Below are positions 42,154 through 56,911 of a stretch of DNA of 64,000 nucleotides, piece after piece. This DNA is from the human T2T-CHM13v2.0 reference genome, Homo sapiens, in assembly GCF_009914755.1 (NCBI RefSeq), contig NC_060937.1. One strand, written 5' to 3'. How positions within the stretch are numbered: position 1 is the stretch's first letter; each line of letters starts with the position of its first letter. The notes under the pieces are model-generated. The model did no database searches. It saw only the letters and a list, made by a program, of their open reading frames with translations, and was not told the origin of the DNA. The position numbers were made by a program, and so were the translations under genes.

Positions 42154-42995
42154 CTAACAACAGAAACAAACACATAATTGCAAGACCTTAAGCTTCTTGC
42201 TGAAGAACTTGTTAACGCAAAGAAAAAGCAGTAAAATAATGCCCAATTGTTAAAAACTGCTCAACAGTTCTGAGTGCATCTTCTTGTTAACTTCTACAAC
42301 CTCACCAATTAGGCAATAATGAGCACACAGTAGGTGCTCTGCAAACATCTGGCAATGCATGGTGTATTTCTGAATGAATATTGTGACTATGCGTTTAAAA
42401 TTCATCACCATTTGCTTACGACGAAAACCCACTGCCTCTAAATATGTTCCAAATCTTTTTATTCCAAGATGACTCTTGCAATATTTTAAGAAAACCAACC
42501 GTTCTGCTAATGATCTTCCATCACAACTAAGTAAATAGTGGGTTTATGTTCATAATAACCACACCCTTAAGAAAAGTCATGTCCTACCAAACTGCAACTA
42601 AAAGCATCCATTTTCTGATAAATACCATCGTACACCATGTCTTGTGCTCCTGTTGGATTTACTATGAGAAGAAAGCACCATTTTCTAAGCATCTGTGATA
42701 TGCTGCCCAGCACAGGGCAAGGGTGTCATGCGTTTTCTCCAGCTTAAGCCTAGCAGCCCTGCAAGGCTCCCCGCTGCAAGATGGGCAAACGGAAACCCAG
42801 ATGGTGGAGAGGGAGCAGATGTGCTGACCAGGCAGTAACAAGCCACAGAGTGGAGTTCCTACTCAGGCTGCCCAGTTTCCAGAAAGATAACGGCTAGCTG
42901 TGCCTGAAACAACATGGAAAACACTCGCTAGAACACCCCGGCCCAGTGGGTCCTCGGTGCCGGGGCGGCGTTCCCAACACGCAGAGCCGCAGTAC

Positions 42996-43131
42996 CTCCA
43001 GCAGCCGCACGTCCAGCCTTCGCAGGATCTCAGGACTGTCAAACTGTGCGTTGGTGGCTCTGACAGCGGTTTCTAGAATTCCAGTCAAGTTATGCTGATA
43101 CAAAGTCGTAGCTGGACGGACAAGTTCTGGT
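42996..43131 (-). CDS. TUBGCP3: GCP3 exon ~15 ([45 protein letters not shown])
   Basis: gttaag|ACC...GAG|gtactg; 136 nt, phase 2-0. Confidence 0.97.
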
Positions 43132-43334
43132 CTTAACAAATTTTTTAAAAATTAAAGAAAATATTACTTCAATTCTTAATGAACTTTAAAAAACGTATAA
43201 ACTATTAAAAGTAAGAGTTCAAATTATAAAAACTCAAAAGACAAATGGGACCAATACAATAATGCGGCAACAAAAGCTTCAGAGCATTAACTGCAAACAG
43301 GGCTTACTAATTATTGTGGAGTTACATTTCTTTA

Positions 43335-43660
<326 letters not shown>

Positions 43661-44518
43661 CTGATTTTGATTCAGCTTAAATTGAAAGTACTTAAATGTG
43701 CTATACATGTTAACAAAGTTTTCAAACTTCAGACTGGCCTATGAGTAGCATGAGCTGATATAATTTCCTTTTAGACCCAATGGGAAGAGGAGAGGCCTCC
43801 ATCAAATCAAAGCAATTAGGTACATGGATGTCATGATTCTAAAGGGCCAAGAAACACTACACTTTCAGCAAGCATTTCTTGAGGGTTACTGATATCTGCT
43901 TTTATAAATATGAAGCTAACACGTCTCTAATCGGGGGTGACCAAGTTAGGAACACCACTAATCAACTCAGGTAGACGTGTAAGCTCTACAAAACACAGGG
44001 CAGAGACAAGGTGAAAAAGACACACAACGTCAAATAAACCTAAAAACTAGGAACTTAAAATACGACATTGAGGAGAAATGAATTTTTCATTTTATAGCAC
44101 GCATGTGATACTTTCAACATTAAGATTGGGCACAAGGCGAATGCGTTCAGCCGGCTCTATGATGTGACCTATGACACCATCAGTGTCCTCCAAACCTCAC
44201 TTTGGCTCCTCATCTCCATCTGCACCAACTGACCCACATACACACCCCATGCCCCCATGGCATTAGAGAACATTTCCCCTTTAAAAGCTCATCACCACTC
44301 ATACTTCAAACAGGTGTTGACCTCATCACAACCAGCATTTACTGTACTAGTGAACTTTCTTTTCTTACAAATGTGTTAGCAGGCATCAGCTATGACTAAG
44401 GCATGAGCATGTCACAAGCCAGCTATGGCTGTGTACGCCTCAAAAAGCCACATGAGTTTTCACACGGGAGACTGGCTTCTGGCTAGAAGGTAGGATGTAA
44501 GAGCCTGCATGTCTCAAA

Positions 44519-44685
44519 CAGTGCTTCTCAATGTGTAGTCCCCACAAACGCAGCATCACCAGCAGCTGGAACTGGCTGGAAATGCAAATCCTCTACCCCA
44601 CACCTGAGAATCTCATTCTCTGAAGTGGGCCCACAAGCTACTGCAGCAAGCTTTCTAGTCTGTGATACACTGAAACTTGAGGACC
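44519..44685. mobile_element. MER5A-like hAT MITE
   Basis: cagtgcttctcaa...cagcatcacc...gaaatgcaaatcctc...aaacttgaggacc. Confidence 0.65.
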
Positions 44686-45429
44686 TGAGGCCTAAAACAA
44701 TTGCTTGGGGAGCACTGGCAGGGTTTAAAGGTAAGTTACTATTTTGTGTCTTAAAGGGAACATTTATCTTACTTTAAGTGTCCTAAAAGGAACACCAGAA
44801 AAGAAGTTTCATTCTTCTAAACACTTGGGTGAAAATCTCCAGGCCCAGGCTGTGGACCCCTGGGATGCTCATGCCCAGGCTCACGCTGCCTGGGCCGGGG
44901 TCTGCACTGTCTCTAGACCTAGAAGCACAGCAGGCTCTGGTCCAGAACTTGTGGAGAAGGACATACATTTAACTCTGGAAGGGAAGATGCCATGAGAAAT
45001 GTCAGGGAGCAAAATGAAAAGGTCATAGTTTCATTTTTAGGTGAACATTAACTACAAATATAAAAGTAAAATTCAACTTTAAAATATATATTTTATTTTT
45101 CAGCTTTATTTCAAACTCAAGCTAAAGTTAATTGTGATTTGACCAACTCCTCATACATGAAGACTGTAAGCCCCACAGTTTTGGAAAGAAATGCCAGTTT
45201 CTCTTATGAATAAAGCACAGAACATGACAATGATGCTCTGCTGATAACCAGAGAAAAATGAAGGGGCTTTACCTTTTGAAAATTTTACATTCTTTTCAGA
45301 TTTTATTTTAAAAAGTATGCTCGAAGAATTCAACTCATTTTCTTTTAATATAATTTATTCTTTTAAATACAAGATTCCTTATCATGTCAAATATATTACT
45401 TATTTATAGAAATCAAAATAGTGCCTTAC

Positions 45430-45619
45430 TTTAGCAAGTCCATTAAGTGCCTTATAAAGTCTCCTTGACCAAGAAGCAGGTACCGCCTCATTGCCTGCAT
45501 GTGGTCCAGCAAGCTGTACTTTTTATTGAGAACATCCAACAGGTATTTGCTGGTCTCAAAATAAGCAGCATCAATCTTCCCCTGAAATGCATTTTCCAAG
45601 TCTGTGAATAGGTCTGCAG
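45430..45619 (-). CDS. TUBGCP3: GCP3 exon ~14 ([15 protein letters not shown]...[14 protein letters not shown])
   Basis: ttacag|CTG...CTAAA|gtaagg; 190 nt, phase 1-2. Confidence 0.97.
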
Positions 45620-47164
45620 CTGTAAAGAACAACAGGGAAGAGCACACATGCATATGTAATTTGTATTTCCACAGAGGAGAAATGAAGGCACATACATCCA
45701 GACTCAGGGCCAACCACTGCCTGTGGCATCAGTAACAGACTGACCGCAGGCACAGACAGCTGGACATTCCACAAAGGAGACCAGAGCCCTAAGACCACAC
45801 ACATGAAAACAATTCTGCCAGCTGGGTTCACAGCAGACACCTACATGTGTGTCTTCATGATTTCCAAATCCCTTAATACACTGTAACTAACCGTAAATCT
45901 CACCAAAACACACTGGTAATAGGGCAAGTCAGTGCTGAGTCACCCGTCCATACCCATAAGATGTTTCCATAAATTAGTCTTAAGACCAAAACAGCACATG
46001 CAAATAAGCTTTGTGAATTGTACAACTCGCAAAAGTTGAGTAGTAGTATCATGCACCATAGAGTGAACTCTACGGAGATTGGTGGAGATGTCTAGGGGAC
46101 AAAACCAGATTGTCACCAATAAAGACGCCTGACTCTAAGCAGTAACATAGCGGAAGAAAGCATTTCCATAGCTTTCTATTGAGAAGAAATCGCAGGTGGA
46201 GACTATACACATAACAGAGCTTCTTACAGTGCTGATTTACATCTGCAAAGCACAAAACCATTTTTAAAACTTATATGAATACTTCATTTCATTAAACCCA
46301 CAATAATACTTAAGCTAGACAATAACCCCAGTGGGAGGAACAACCTCAGACTGAGAGAAGGAGGCAAAACGCTAGCTGAAGACTAAGCAAGGACAAGAAA
46401 GGCGAGATCTTCTGATTCAGAGTTTAAGTCTCTTTCCACTATCTGAGTTACCCAGTTTAAATATACCAGAAGACTCTTAAGATTTGTTTGTCCTTCCGAA
46501 TAAGAAAGCAGTTAAGACAGGCCTATTTTAGTGTTGCTATTATTCCAATTTCACACTAGTAGCAAACAACTAAGATGCTCCCAGTGAAGAAACTGTAGTT
46601 ATCTGAGGATGAGTGAGGTCTGCCTGGAGTCACGACACCACGGAACCCCTTGATGAGCTCACCACAGTCCTGTTTTAAGGGCATGGGGTTCTATTTCCAT
46701 TGATCTACGTCGTTTTAATGACATAAAGATTTTTCTCTAGAAATGTTTTCATTACACCCTTGTTTGAGTCATTAAAAATTTTCATTCCAAAGAGAAGGTT
46801 TGAATCAGTCTTAGCCCAAAGCAGCCTATGAAGACACAGAACCCAGAGCCTCCTCGGAACTCTCTTTGCTCCTTCAGGGTTGAGGCATCTCTCGTGCTCA
46901 GTTTTTAAATTTTCACTATTTATTCTTTATTCACACTTTTAAATCTTCATAACTTTTTCACAGATAAAAATGAATTTGACATGTTCTCCTGTTTTTTGAC
47001 CATTACTAGGAGTCTTTTAGGATTTGCATCTTCTGTCTTCCCAGTTATACTATAAATACTCAACAGCAGAAACTTTGCTCTCCGCAGACCCTGGCAGCCA
47101 TGGACAGGACGACGGGGACCACAGGAGTCGTCACAGAGAAGCAGCAGCGTCAGCAGCAGCAGCG

Positions 47165-47469
47165 CCCCGTCACCCTCAGCATCTGCAGGGGACCAATCCC
47201 ACGACCCCCACAGACACCAAAATTCCCTGATGCTCAAGTCTCTTCTACAAAATGAAGCAATATTTGCACCTAACCTACACACATCTTCCCATATACGGTA
47301 AATCATCTCTAAATTACTTATAATATCTAGCGCAATGTACATGCTATGCAAATAGCTGTTAAATTGTCTTGGTTTTTTGTGTATTTTTTTAGTGGCTGCC
47401 TTTTTTTAAGTGTTTTTGATCCTCAGTTGATTGAATCTGCAGATGTGGGGCGGTGGGTACAGGGGCCGC
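47165..47469. mobile_element. MER2-like TcMar-Tigger MITE
   Basis: gatgctcaagtctctt...tatttgcacctaacctacacacatc...aaatcatctcta...ttgaatctgcagatg. Confidence 0.75.
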
Positions 47470-49145
47470 CAGCAGCACAGCAGACGCGGTGCTCACACAA
47501 GCAGCAGCAACCTTCATGGAGAGCCTCCGGCACAGCAGGCGCATGGGGACGCCCTGTCCCAGGCACAGCCCATGTGTGCGCCGCCTTCTCTAGGAACTAT
47601 GAAAGGTCACAACTCGAACACAACTGCTCTCCTGGTTCTTCTTCCTTCCACCTCTTCAGTGTAGAAGCATTTCCCCAAAATCTATATTGGATCACATCTA
47701 TCTCTATTCCAGGAACAATCTGGGGTCTATGTACCCCCCCACAAAAAAATACATGTAAAATTATGTCTGAATGCTTTAGGGTGAGAGGGCCCATGGCTCT
47801 CACATGCCTGGAAAGGGTGTCTCCCCTGGACCACACGGGAGCTCTTGCTACACCATCCTGCCTTGTCCTGAGTTACCATGGTGAGATAAGTGCTTCCAAA
47901 ATCTCTATATTCGGCCCTGACTTTTAACCAGAGTTTCAGTATAGCATTTCCAATACATGCTGGAAGCTTCCACTAGTAAGTCCTCTCAGCTACTGAAAAC
48001 CAAATTGCCCGAAATGACATTCCTCTCTCAGTGCTATGCTCTCCCGAAATCCCCTGCTGCCCTTCCGACTTGGCCTCACGAGCTCAGAGTTCTAGTGCCA
48101 TCACTGACTCTTCCTGATCCCCAGCCCTCCTGTCCAGAGAGCCAAGTCCTGTTAAGAGAACATCTGTCATTCCAGTAACACCTGTAGCTAAAACCATACC
48201 CAGTAACCTATCCTGCTTCCTACATGAGGTCCTAGTCTGTCTCTCTTTAGTCTGTCACATTATTAAATAATAACTTTTTATTTTCACTACAATCTTTAGA
48301 TAAGTCTAATTCGTCCTATTTCTCTTCTGCACTTCCATGCACATTATTCCTTTGTCCTGGGCTGCGCAATAACCCACAACCAAATTCTCCTCCTTCTCCA
48401 TGGCCAGTGCAATTCCTGCCTCTTTCCAAAGCCTTCCTGTTGAGCCTTGCCTGAAAATACCCAAAGCGCTTCACCTGCACATCTCACGTCCCTGATCACT
48501 TTCACCTTTATTACTGACTACTGGTTATTTTACTACACATCTCCTCTCCAAGACCAGACTAATAAGCTCATGAAAGGAACAGTCATGGTGAAGTCATTGT
48601 CTCTTTCCTGTAGCTACCACAGTGTCCTACGCAAAGTAAATCTTTTGAATGAACCATGACAATATAAATAGCAAATACAGCCAAAACTGGAGAGCTATAA
48701 ATATAAGTTAGCCATACACAAAACATCATGAAATTACTGAGGGTGGGGCAGGCGGCAAATGGGGAAAAGGAAGAGAACGAGGGAAAGCCTCAGCACTTCC
48801 CACAGGCTGAACGCTCATGCGACATTCTGAATGTAATAAACACAATAAGTGCAATAAGTCCTGGCTCTTCTCCAAACAAAGCCTTTGCATCCCAAAGAAT
48901 AGGCTACCATTAGCAATATTTTTTCTGTTATTTCTTATTTTGGCACACTGCCACTTTATCATTTTAAAACAGCTATACCTATTCCAACACTTACTGTATA
49001 ACTGTATAAAAAGGAAATTAAAAATTTACACAGTACTATATATATACATACATAATACTATGTATTAAGGTGTGTCAGAGAGTAATTCTAATAATCTATA
49101 AATCCTATGGTACAAAAAATACTTTTAAGTAATCTGTAATATCAG

Positions 49146-50049
49146 CACATCATCATCACCTCCACTATCATCACCGCTATCACCATCATCATATCATTAC
49201 TATCACCATCCATCACAATTATCATTGTCATTACTATCATCACATCACCATCATCATTACCACCATCATCACCATCACTATCATCACCACCATCACTGCC
49301 ACCACCACGCCATCATCACCACCATCATCACCACCCATCCCCATCATTATCACTATCATTACACCATCACCATCATCACCACCATCATCACCATCAACAT
49401 CATCAACACCATCACTGCCACCACCATGCCATCATCATCGCTGTCATCACCACCCATCCCCATCATCACTATCATCACACCATCACCATCATTACCACCA
49501 TCATCACCATCAACATCATCACCACCATCACTGCCGCTACCACGCCATCATCACCGTCGCCACCCATCCCCATCATTATCACTATCATCACACCATCACC
49601 ATCATCACCATCAACATCACCACCATCACTGCCACCACCATGCCATCATCACCACCCATCCCCAACATCATCACATCACCATAATCACACCATCACCACA
49701 TCATCACCATCATCATCATCACCATCATCACTACCACCAGCACACCATCATCACATCCCCATCATCCATCCCCAACATCATCACATCACCATCATCACAC
49801 CACCATCATTACCCCCATCATCATCACCATCAACATCATCACCACCATCACTGCCACCACCACGCATTCATCATCGCCATCATCACCACCCATCCCCAAC
49901 ATCATTATCATCACATCACCATCATCCCCATCATCACACCATCACAATCACTACGTCATCAACATCACTGTTACCATGAGTATCACCATCCTCACATCAT
50001 CATCAACATCACACCATTGCCATCATCACCACCCCACCAGCATCATCAT
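49146..50049. repeat. Degenerate (CAT/CAC)n tract, ~0.9 kb
   Basis: Direct reading; source of the His-rich ORF 49225-50064. Confidence 0.97.
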
Positions 50050-50051
50050 AC

Positions 50052-50160
50052 CGTCCTGGGGTGACTCTGCAGACTTGGTCACAGCTATCATCTTTGTAGT
50101 GGGAGTCTGATCATGACAAACTTGGTGCAAGAAATTTATTGATTTTCCTATCAAAAGGAC
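50052..50160 (-). CDS. TUBGCP3: GCP3 exon ~13 ([36 protein letters not shown])
   Basis: ttttag|GTC...GACG|gtatga; 109 nt, phase 0-1; too short for the ORF track. Confidence 0.96.
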
Positions 50161-50483
50161 CTAAAAAGAAAAACATTCTATGATTACTTTTATGTAAATT
50201 TAAAACGACTGCCCAAATCTACAAATATTCGTAAGCTACAAATTGGCTATTGATTGAAAACTAACAAGAGCATCTGCTACAGTATGGAGCGAATTCTAGT
50301 AACTCAAAGATATATTGAACACATACTATACTGATGTATTCAATTAACATGCACTTACTTCATCTCCAGAACGTTAACAATCTCAAAACGCATGAAATTT
50401 TAACTGAAAATTGGTTTTGTCACATAATCTAAGTATACATAGCCATAAAACATCAAAATCACAAAAATCTCTTCTAATCCTAC

Positions 50484-50594
50484 CTTCCTAGACTGATCCA
50501 TCGTCATAAACGAAGGAATCATCGATTTCCTCAAAGTATACTTGTCGTGCCACAGTCGATCTGTTTTAACTGTTGGATCTGATGCTACAAAAAA
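50484..50594 (-). CDS. TUBGCP3: GCP3 exon ~12 ([37 protein letters not shown])
   Basis: tttcag|TTT...AAG|gtagga; 111 nt, phase 0-0. Confidence 0.97.
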
Positions 50595-51862
50595 CTGAAA
50601 GCAAAGGGGCATGGAAATGTTCAAGAGTGATATTTATGGCAAAATATTAACCAACAGCAACATCAAAGAGTAAGTTATTCTAGAAAGCCAAGTTCTCCAG
50701 ACACAGGGAGTCTTACCTATTTATACAATAAAACTTGTATGAAACACAGAAATCTCTCTAAATTGAACTATGTATTTCCTAAACTTTTAAAACTAAAGTA
50801 TAACAAAAACAAGTTATGTCTTCCTTGGAGATTCAGAATGTCCATTAGTGCCTCTGCAGCATAATACTGAGGCTTCCTGGGCCACACGGAGCTCTTCCTC
50901 AGTAACGGTGCAGGCTTTTGGGGTTCCCCTCCCTCACAGGCAGCAGCTGTGTGTCTCCTCCCATCAGTCTGCCTGCCCTTGCAGTCTCTCTTTTGCAAAG
51001 CCCCAAAGCCTGGAACACAGAGGTGCCCAGGCCGGCGTCCTCTGTTCACAGACAAGTCCCAAGCTCTATGGGCAGACCTTGCTGTACATGTACCCATGTG
51101 TACAAGGGGCCAGCACCAGCCAGGTGGCACTGTAGAAGTGACCCCTGTGTGGCTCCCCCAGGAACCATCTGTGCTCAGGAGCTTTCTTCCTCACTGGCAT
51201 GCAGCTCCCCTGCCCTGACCCTGACGGGCACCTACATCACTGCCGTTAGAAAGGAAACTGAGCAGTAAGGAGAAAATTCAATTGCTGTTGCTTCCAGTTT
51301 ATTTGCCACTACAACAATGCAGCCATTCTCATTTTTCAATCATACACCCTAATAGAATTGCACTTTTATTTCTATAAACTTGTTTTATAAAAGCACAACT
51401 GCTGAATTAAAGTAGCTTTTAGTTTTTATAGACAATGCCAGGTTTCCTTTCCACACAGCTGTGTAGACTGACGCTCCCACGGGCAAGATGTCCTGTTTTT
51501 GCATCCTGGCTCATTTTAGATTTTGCCAGTCAGGTGGAATCATGGTTATCCTATATTGCTGTCATTAACCAAAAATGAAGCCGAGCATATTTTCATAGTT
51601 CTAATTGCCATTTGCTTTTCTTCTCCTGTGAATGGTCTTTTCATGCCCTTGACCCATCTTGCTATTCATTTTGTTCTCTCATCAATATACAAAAATTCTT
51701 TGTACATTAGGAATAGTGACCATTTGTGAATCATTAAATATTAGAGATTTAATTTTTCCAAGTTAATCATTTGCCATTGTTTATAGTATGGTCCATATTT
51801 TAGTTCTGATCTATTTTTTTGTTATATGTAGATAAATGTCAGTCTTCCTTTATGGTTTCTGA

Positions 51863-52269
<407 letters not shown>

Positions 52270-53545
52270 TAGATCTTTAATTCCTCTGGAACTTGGTATA
52301 ATCCTGGCACACAGTATGTTATAAGGGGGAAGTCTACGTCTTCTCCTGGATGGCATTTTTTTCTTTACTGGCCGAGCCGGCCCCATTTAATGAATACACC
52401 ATCCTTTCCTCTGAGCTAAGGATGCCTCATCAGGAATTGTTAATATCACCAGAATTAATTATATCAACAGATTAAAAGAGGAAATCATTTGACTATATCA
52501 AAAAATGCTGAGGAAGCATCTGATAATGCCTCTATTTACATTCTCCAATGATGACCAATTCGTTTTTTATGATCATGAGAGCGTGGATTTAAGCGTGTCC
52601 AGTGCTTCCTCCATCACAGTTATGCTCTTCCTGGGGCTCCCCATCTCCTATGTGAGGAGGGGGAGCCTCTTCAAGCCGCTCCTGCGTCCTTCACCCTGGA
52701 CCCCAGTGGTCTGCCCTACTTTTCTGCTATAGATGGTGCTCTAGGCTTAGCTCTGTCTCTCCCAATACCTAGAATCAGCCACTTCTCCAAGGAGCCCTAC
52801 TTCCTTTGAGGGAGAAATGGTACCGGGACCATGACCTCAGCACTTGGCAGTATTTTCAATTAAAAGCCAGAAGGCCTAAGACTCAGCACTGCCCTGTGAT
52901 GCATGGCAGCTGAGTTCTCCAGTCAGACTGTAAAACACATTTCAGTCGTATCACACCCAAAGTGCCTTTTTGGTGATCTTTCCATAAATTCCAAATATCT
53001 TTAAAAATTACATAGCAATACAAAATTAACGATCTCTTAGCAAAATGTAATGGTCAAAAGTAACCCAAGAAGCAAGAGAGAGAAGACCCTGAAAACGGTA
53101 TCTTCAGAAGAAACTGGAAATATAAAATGCTACCACTAAGGCACAGGGTTACTAACACTTTTTAAGACATAATTCTCAGGTTGCTTAACGTATTCTAGGC
53201 CACAGAAATACACATAGGATGGCCTCAGTTGATTTCATGAAACTGGCATAACACTAGCACATGTGATTAGAAAAATACCAAAAATATTACAGGACAGTCT
53301 CATTTGTGAATATGAATAAACTCTAAATAAAATGTTATACTTGCATTACTGGAATAAAATATTCTTCGTCAGCATATATTATACTTCTAATATGCTATGC
53401 TAAATGTCTTAAAAATAAGGGAATATATAAATGAATTACAAAATATTACCATGTAGTCATTAAAAATAGATTGTTCTTAACTACCACAGCCCTTTCCAAC
53501 AATCTGATGAAAAGTATAGTTCTTCCCAGGAAAAAATCGCATATA

Positions 53546-53784
53546 CAACTGACCCTTGAATCACACCAATTTGAACTGTGCAGGTCCACTTATAGGTGGA
53601 TGTTTTCCAACCAACGGCGCACACAGAAACTTAGCATCCTCGGGGTGTGAAACGCACTTGTGCGGGAGGCCCGCTTTCTCAACCCACAGCTTCCACCGGC
53701 CGACTGCAGGACATGAGTACGTGTGGATTTTGGGATCCACAGGGGTCCTAGAACCAATTCCCCTCGTAATCCATGGGACGATTA
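53546..53784. mobile_element. MER8-like (Tigger2-derived) MITE
   Basis: caactgacccttgaa...tttgaactgtgcaggtccacttata...ggggtcctagaaccaattcccc. Confidence 0.75.
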
Positions 53785-56700
53785 TATTCACAAAATAGAG
53801 TTTCAGAGATCATTTTAATAAGCCTTGGTGTCAAAAAAAAATTTAATGGCATAAAATAATGTTCACTATTTACTTGAACAAGTTGACAATATACTACGCA
53901 TACGATACACACAAATACACAGAAAAAATCAGTATATACAAATATTAACAGAATGTGTCTGGTCCTGACAGGGTTACTGGAGAATTTTAACTTTATCCTC
54001 TGTATGTGCTTATGTGATCAACATTGTTTAAACTGCAAATATTTTTCTATTAGAAAAAAAACACTGTTTAATAAAAGAATCAAGTAATTCTAGCCAAATA
54101 CTGAACACATGCTACCAGTAAATTGTTGTTTTTTAAATAACGTCATTTTCCCAGGGCAACCAACCAAAAATGAATTTTTTTCTTTCACAGAAATCTACTT
54201 CCAAGAGTAAGTATTTCAGGAAACAAAATTTTAATGATGTCAAAATCTTCTATTTGATCCTTTTAAGGGCCAGACACTATCAATTATGTACAGCCAATCT
54301 CCTGGTAAGTAGGCACATGAATAAGTGCCAACATTTTTATCACCATAGGGAAGAGGCTGCTACGTTTATTTTCAACTAAAATGTCTTATCTTTAAGTATC
54401 AATGTAAATGACTGAAGCATTCACTGATCTATTTTAGCCTTTTGAGATCTATATTGCCCTTCAGGGGTAAACAGCAGTACTATCACGGAGGCGTCATCGA
54501 CTTAACCTAGACTTCAATTGTCCATGACAGAAATAAGCCCCCGTTGAGTAATCTCGGCAGCGACGAAGTCACCGCGCTCATGCTGGGACTGCTCTGTAGC
54601 TTGCCATGCTACAGATTAGATTAACTGCATATAAATTGTATGTCTGTTATTCAGTTAGACAGAAGAGCTCGTTTCTACAGACAACACACTAATTTATCCT
54701 AATAGTTGGAGTACAGCCGGATTTTTATCAGTATGAACAATAAAGAAAATGTAAGCCATAAAAAACCTCAGGCAATTCAGGCATGTTTAGAAGTTATGAA
54801 AGCACTGCTTCATCTAAGGGCAAAGGAGCATGCAATCACTCCAGCAGCAAACATCTCGTAGCAAGCACACAGCTTGGGTACGCTTTAGAATATAATTAAT
54901 TCTGTGAAAAATATAGAGTTATAGAGGGAAAAAAACCAAGGTCAGAATATAATTGCGATACGCTTTTATTTTACTAAGGCATTTTCCACTCAAGGTTCTT
55001 TAATTTTCACCATTATGTCAAACGCAGAAAGAATTAAGAAAAAAAATAAAACATAATTGTACCATGATTTCTCATTAATTGCTGGACAAATGCCAAGGCC
55101 TCCCTACTAAAAACAGAAATGAAGAGGGTAATTTTCTTAGCAAGCAACTTCTGAGAATCAGATCCATTAATACAGACCATAAAAAATTCCAACTTCAACT
55201 TGCCAATCACGCAGGCAGCTACCAAGAGATTTCTCCTAAGGCCACACTTAGATACAATAAAATGGCAACTGGACCAGGGGAATGGGTAAATTGGTCAGAT
55301 TCTCTGTACAACAAAGGATAATTTACAGGGTAAACTTATAATTACAATATTTCAAGAGGTATGGCATAAAAATTCCAAAACATTAAGATATTTTACATGG
55401 TAAACTTTTAAATTTCAGTAACACAGCAACAGTGCTAAATAGATCCAGAGATATTCTATCTTATCCATACTTTGTGGATCTTCAAATTCAAGAACGTAGA
55501 GTTTTAGAATATTATCACAGCATTTAAGTAAACATTTGAATCAAGTCTGGAAATCTAATTTTGAAAGCAAGTTTAATTTTAACTTGACCCATCTTTTCTT
55601 GCTGCTAGTTGAAGCACCTAATCTTTACTATCCAAAGGGCAAATGGAAACTGAGTGGTTCTGCCTCTAACTTGAATATATTGGCATAACTTGTTTACCTT
55701 AAGTTTATGGGGGAAGAAGCCAGGTTAGCTACAGAAAGGACTCACCATGCAGCTTCTCTAGATAGTAGTAACACAATGGAAAAAGTTGGTTTACTTTTAC
55801 AGTACTTACATTTAAGAGCAAAAAATATAAACTTTTCCCCAAATGCTGAAAGTGCTTTCCAACTTAATCATTCGGAATACCTTCCAAACTCTTATAGCCT
55901 TCTACTTTTGTCTGCCTTTGCAAATATACAAGATATAAATAAAATAAAAACAAAATTTAGATACCATTCTTAGCACTAGTGGGCTAAAGGTCTATATCCT
56001 TTTTATTGTTAAAAAGTAAAATCCCAGATGTTAGACTTAGAGGCAGCTTTCAATGATACCACAGCAGACATAGCAAAGCCCAGATGTCATCTGGAAGTTT
56101 TTCTGTCATCTTGCAGTTGCAAATCAGCCAAGCCCAGAGGCAGCTGGGCAGAGAGGCAGTGCAGTGTTCAGCCATGATTGGCACTCAAAGAGCTTCCAGG
56201 AAGGAAGACAGGAGAAAGCCTTCACACGTGGAATGAGCTCTGCTGGGCCATCAACAGAGAGACCGAGAGGTCCCTGAGACTGGCAGGAGCCCAACGCAAG
56301 GAAGTCCCCAAGGAATAGCAGTAGGCTCTGGGCAGACACAGCCAAGAGGGAGACGCACCGCGTCACCATTCAGCAGGCATCCACCGACTCCCAGGCAGGA
56401 GGAACTGGAGGTCAAGGTGAATTCAGGCTTCGGGTCACTACAGAAGGTGCAGCTCTCACACCAGCGCCATGCCCAGCCCATGCATCTCTCATGTTTGCAA
56501 AAGCACAGGTCAAAGGAAAGCCCTGGGTCCTGTTCCAACTTGGGCCTCCCTTAACCAGGGCCACAGACAGACAGCACAGCAGGGGTCTGTGGACTTGGGA
56601 GGAAAAATAATCTCATCTTTATTTTCACTAACCTCACTAACCTCACTAACCTCTATCTGAAATTTATCTCTTCCTTCAATTATAAATGTGACTAACAAAC

Positions 56701-56911
56701 CACAGCACCCGTGCCTTTGTCGTCAACAGGAACCACACAGTTCACATCACATGTTGAGCTGTTGCAGGTGCTTTGAAATAGGCACTAACCCTTAATGTGC
56801 TAAATTTTATTTATTTATTTAAAAAATAAGCCCGCATATTACCACATCACTGACTTGATATTCAGTTTGGACACACTAGATAAAGCAGAGTTCTTTCTAA
56901 GAGAATTTCTT

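Noticed and set aside
49225-50064. 279-aa histidine-rich ORF antisense to TUBGCP3
   Set aside because: Arises from the CAT/CAC tract, starts at TTG and drifts between His, Ile/Thr and Ser/Pro registers
50711-50720. AG|GTAAGA recursive-splice-like site 120 nt upstream of exon 12
   Set aside because: No convincing polypyrimidine tract before the AG
55746-55757. 12-nt microexon-like element tag|AGAAGCTGCATG|gtgagt
   Set aside because: Strong donor but poor acceptor tract, and RSCM would be inserted right before the FFV of exon 12, in what I recall as a conserved EFF motif; no further support
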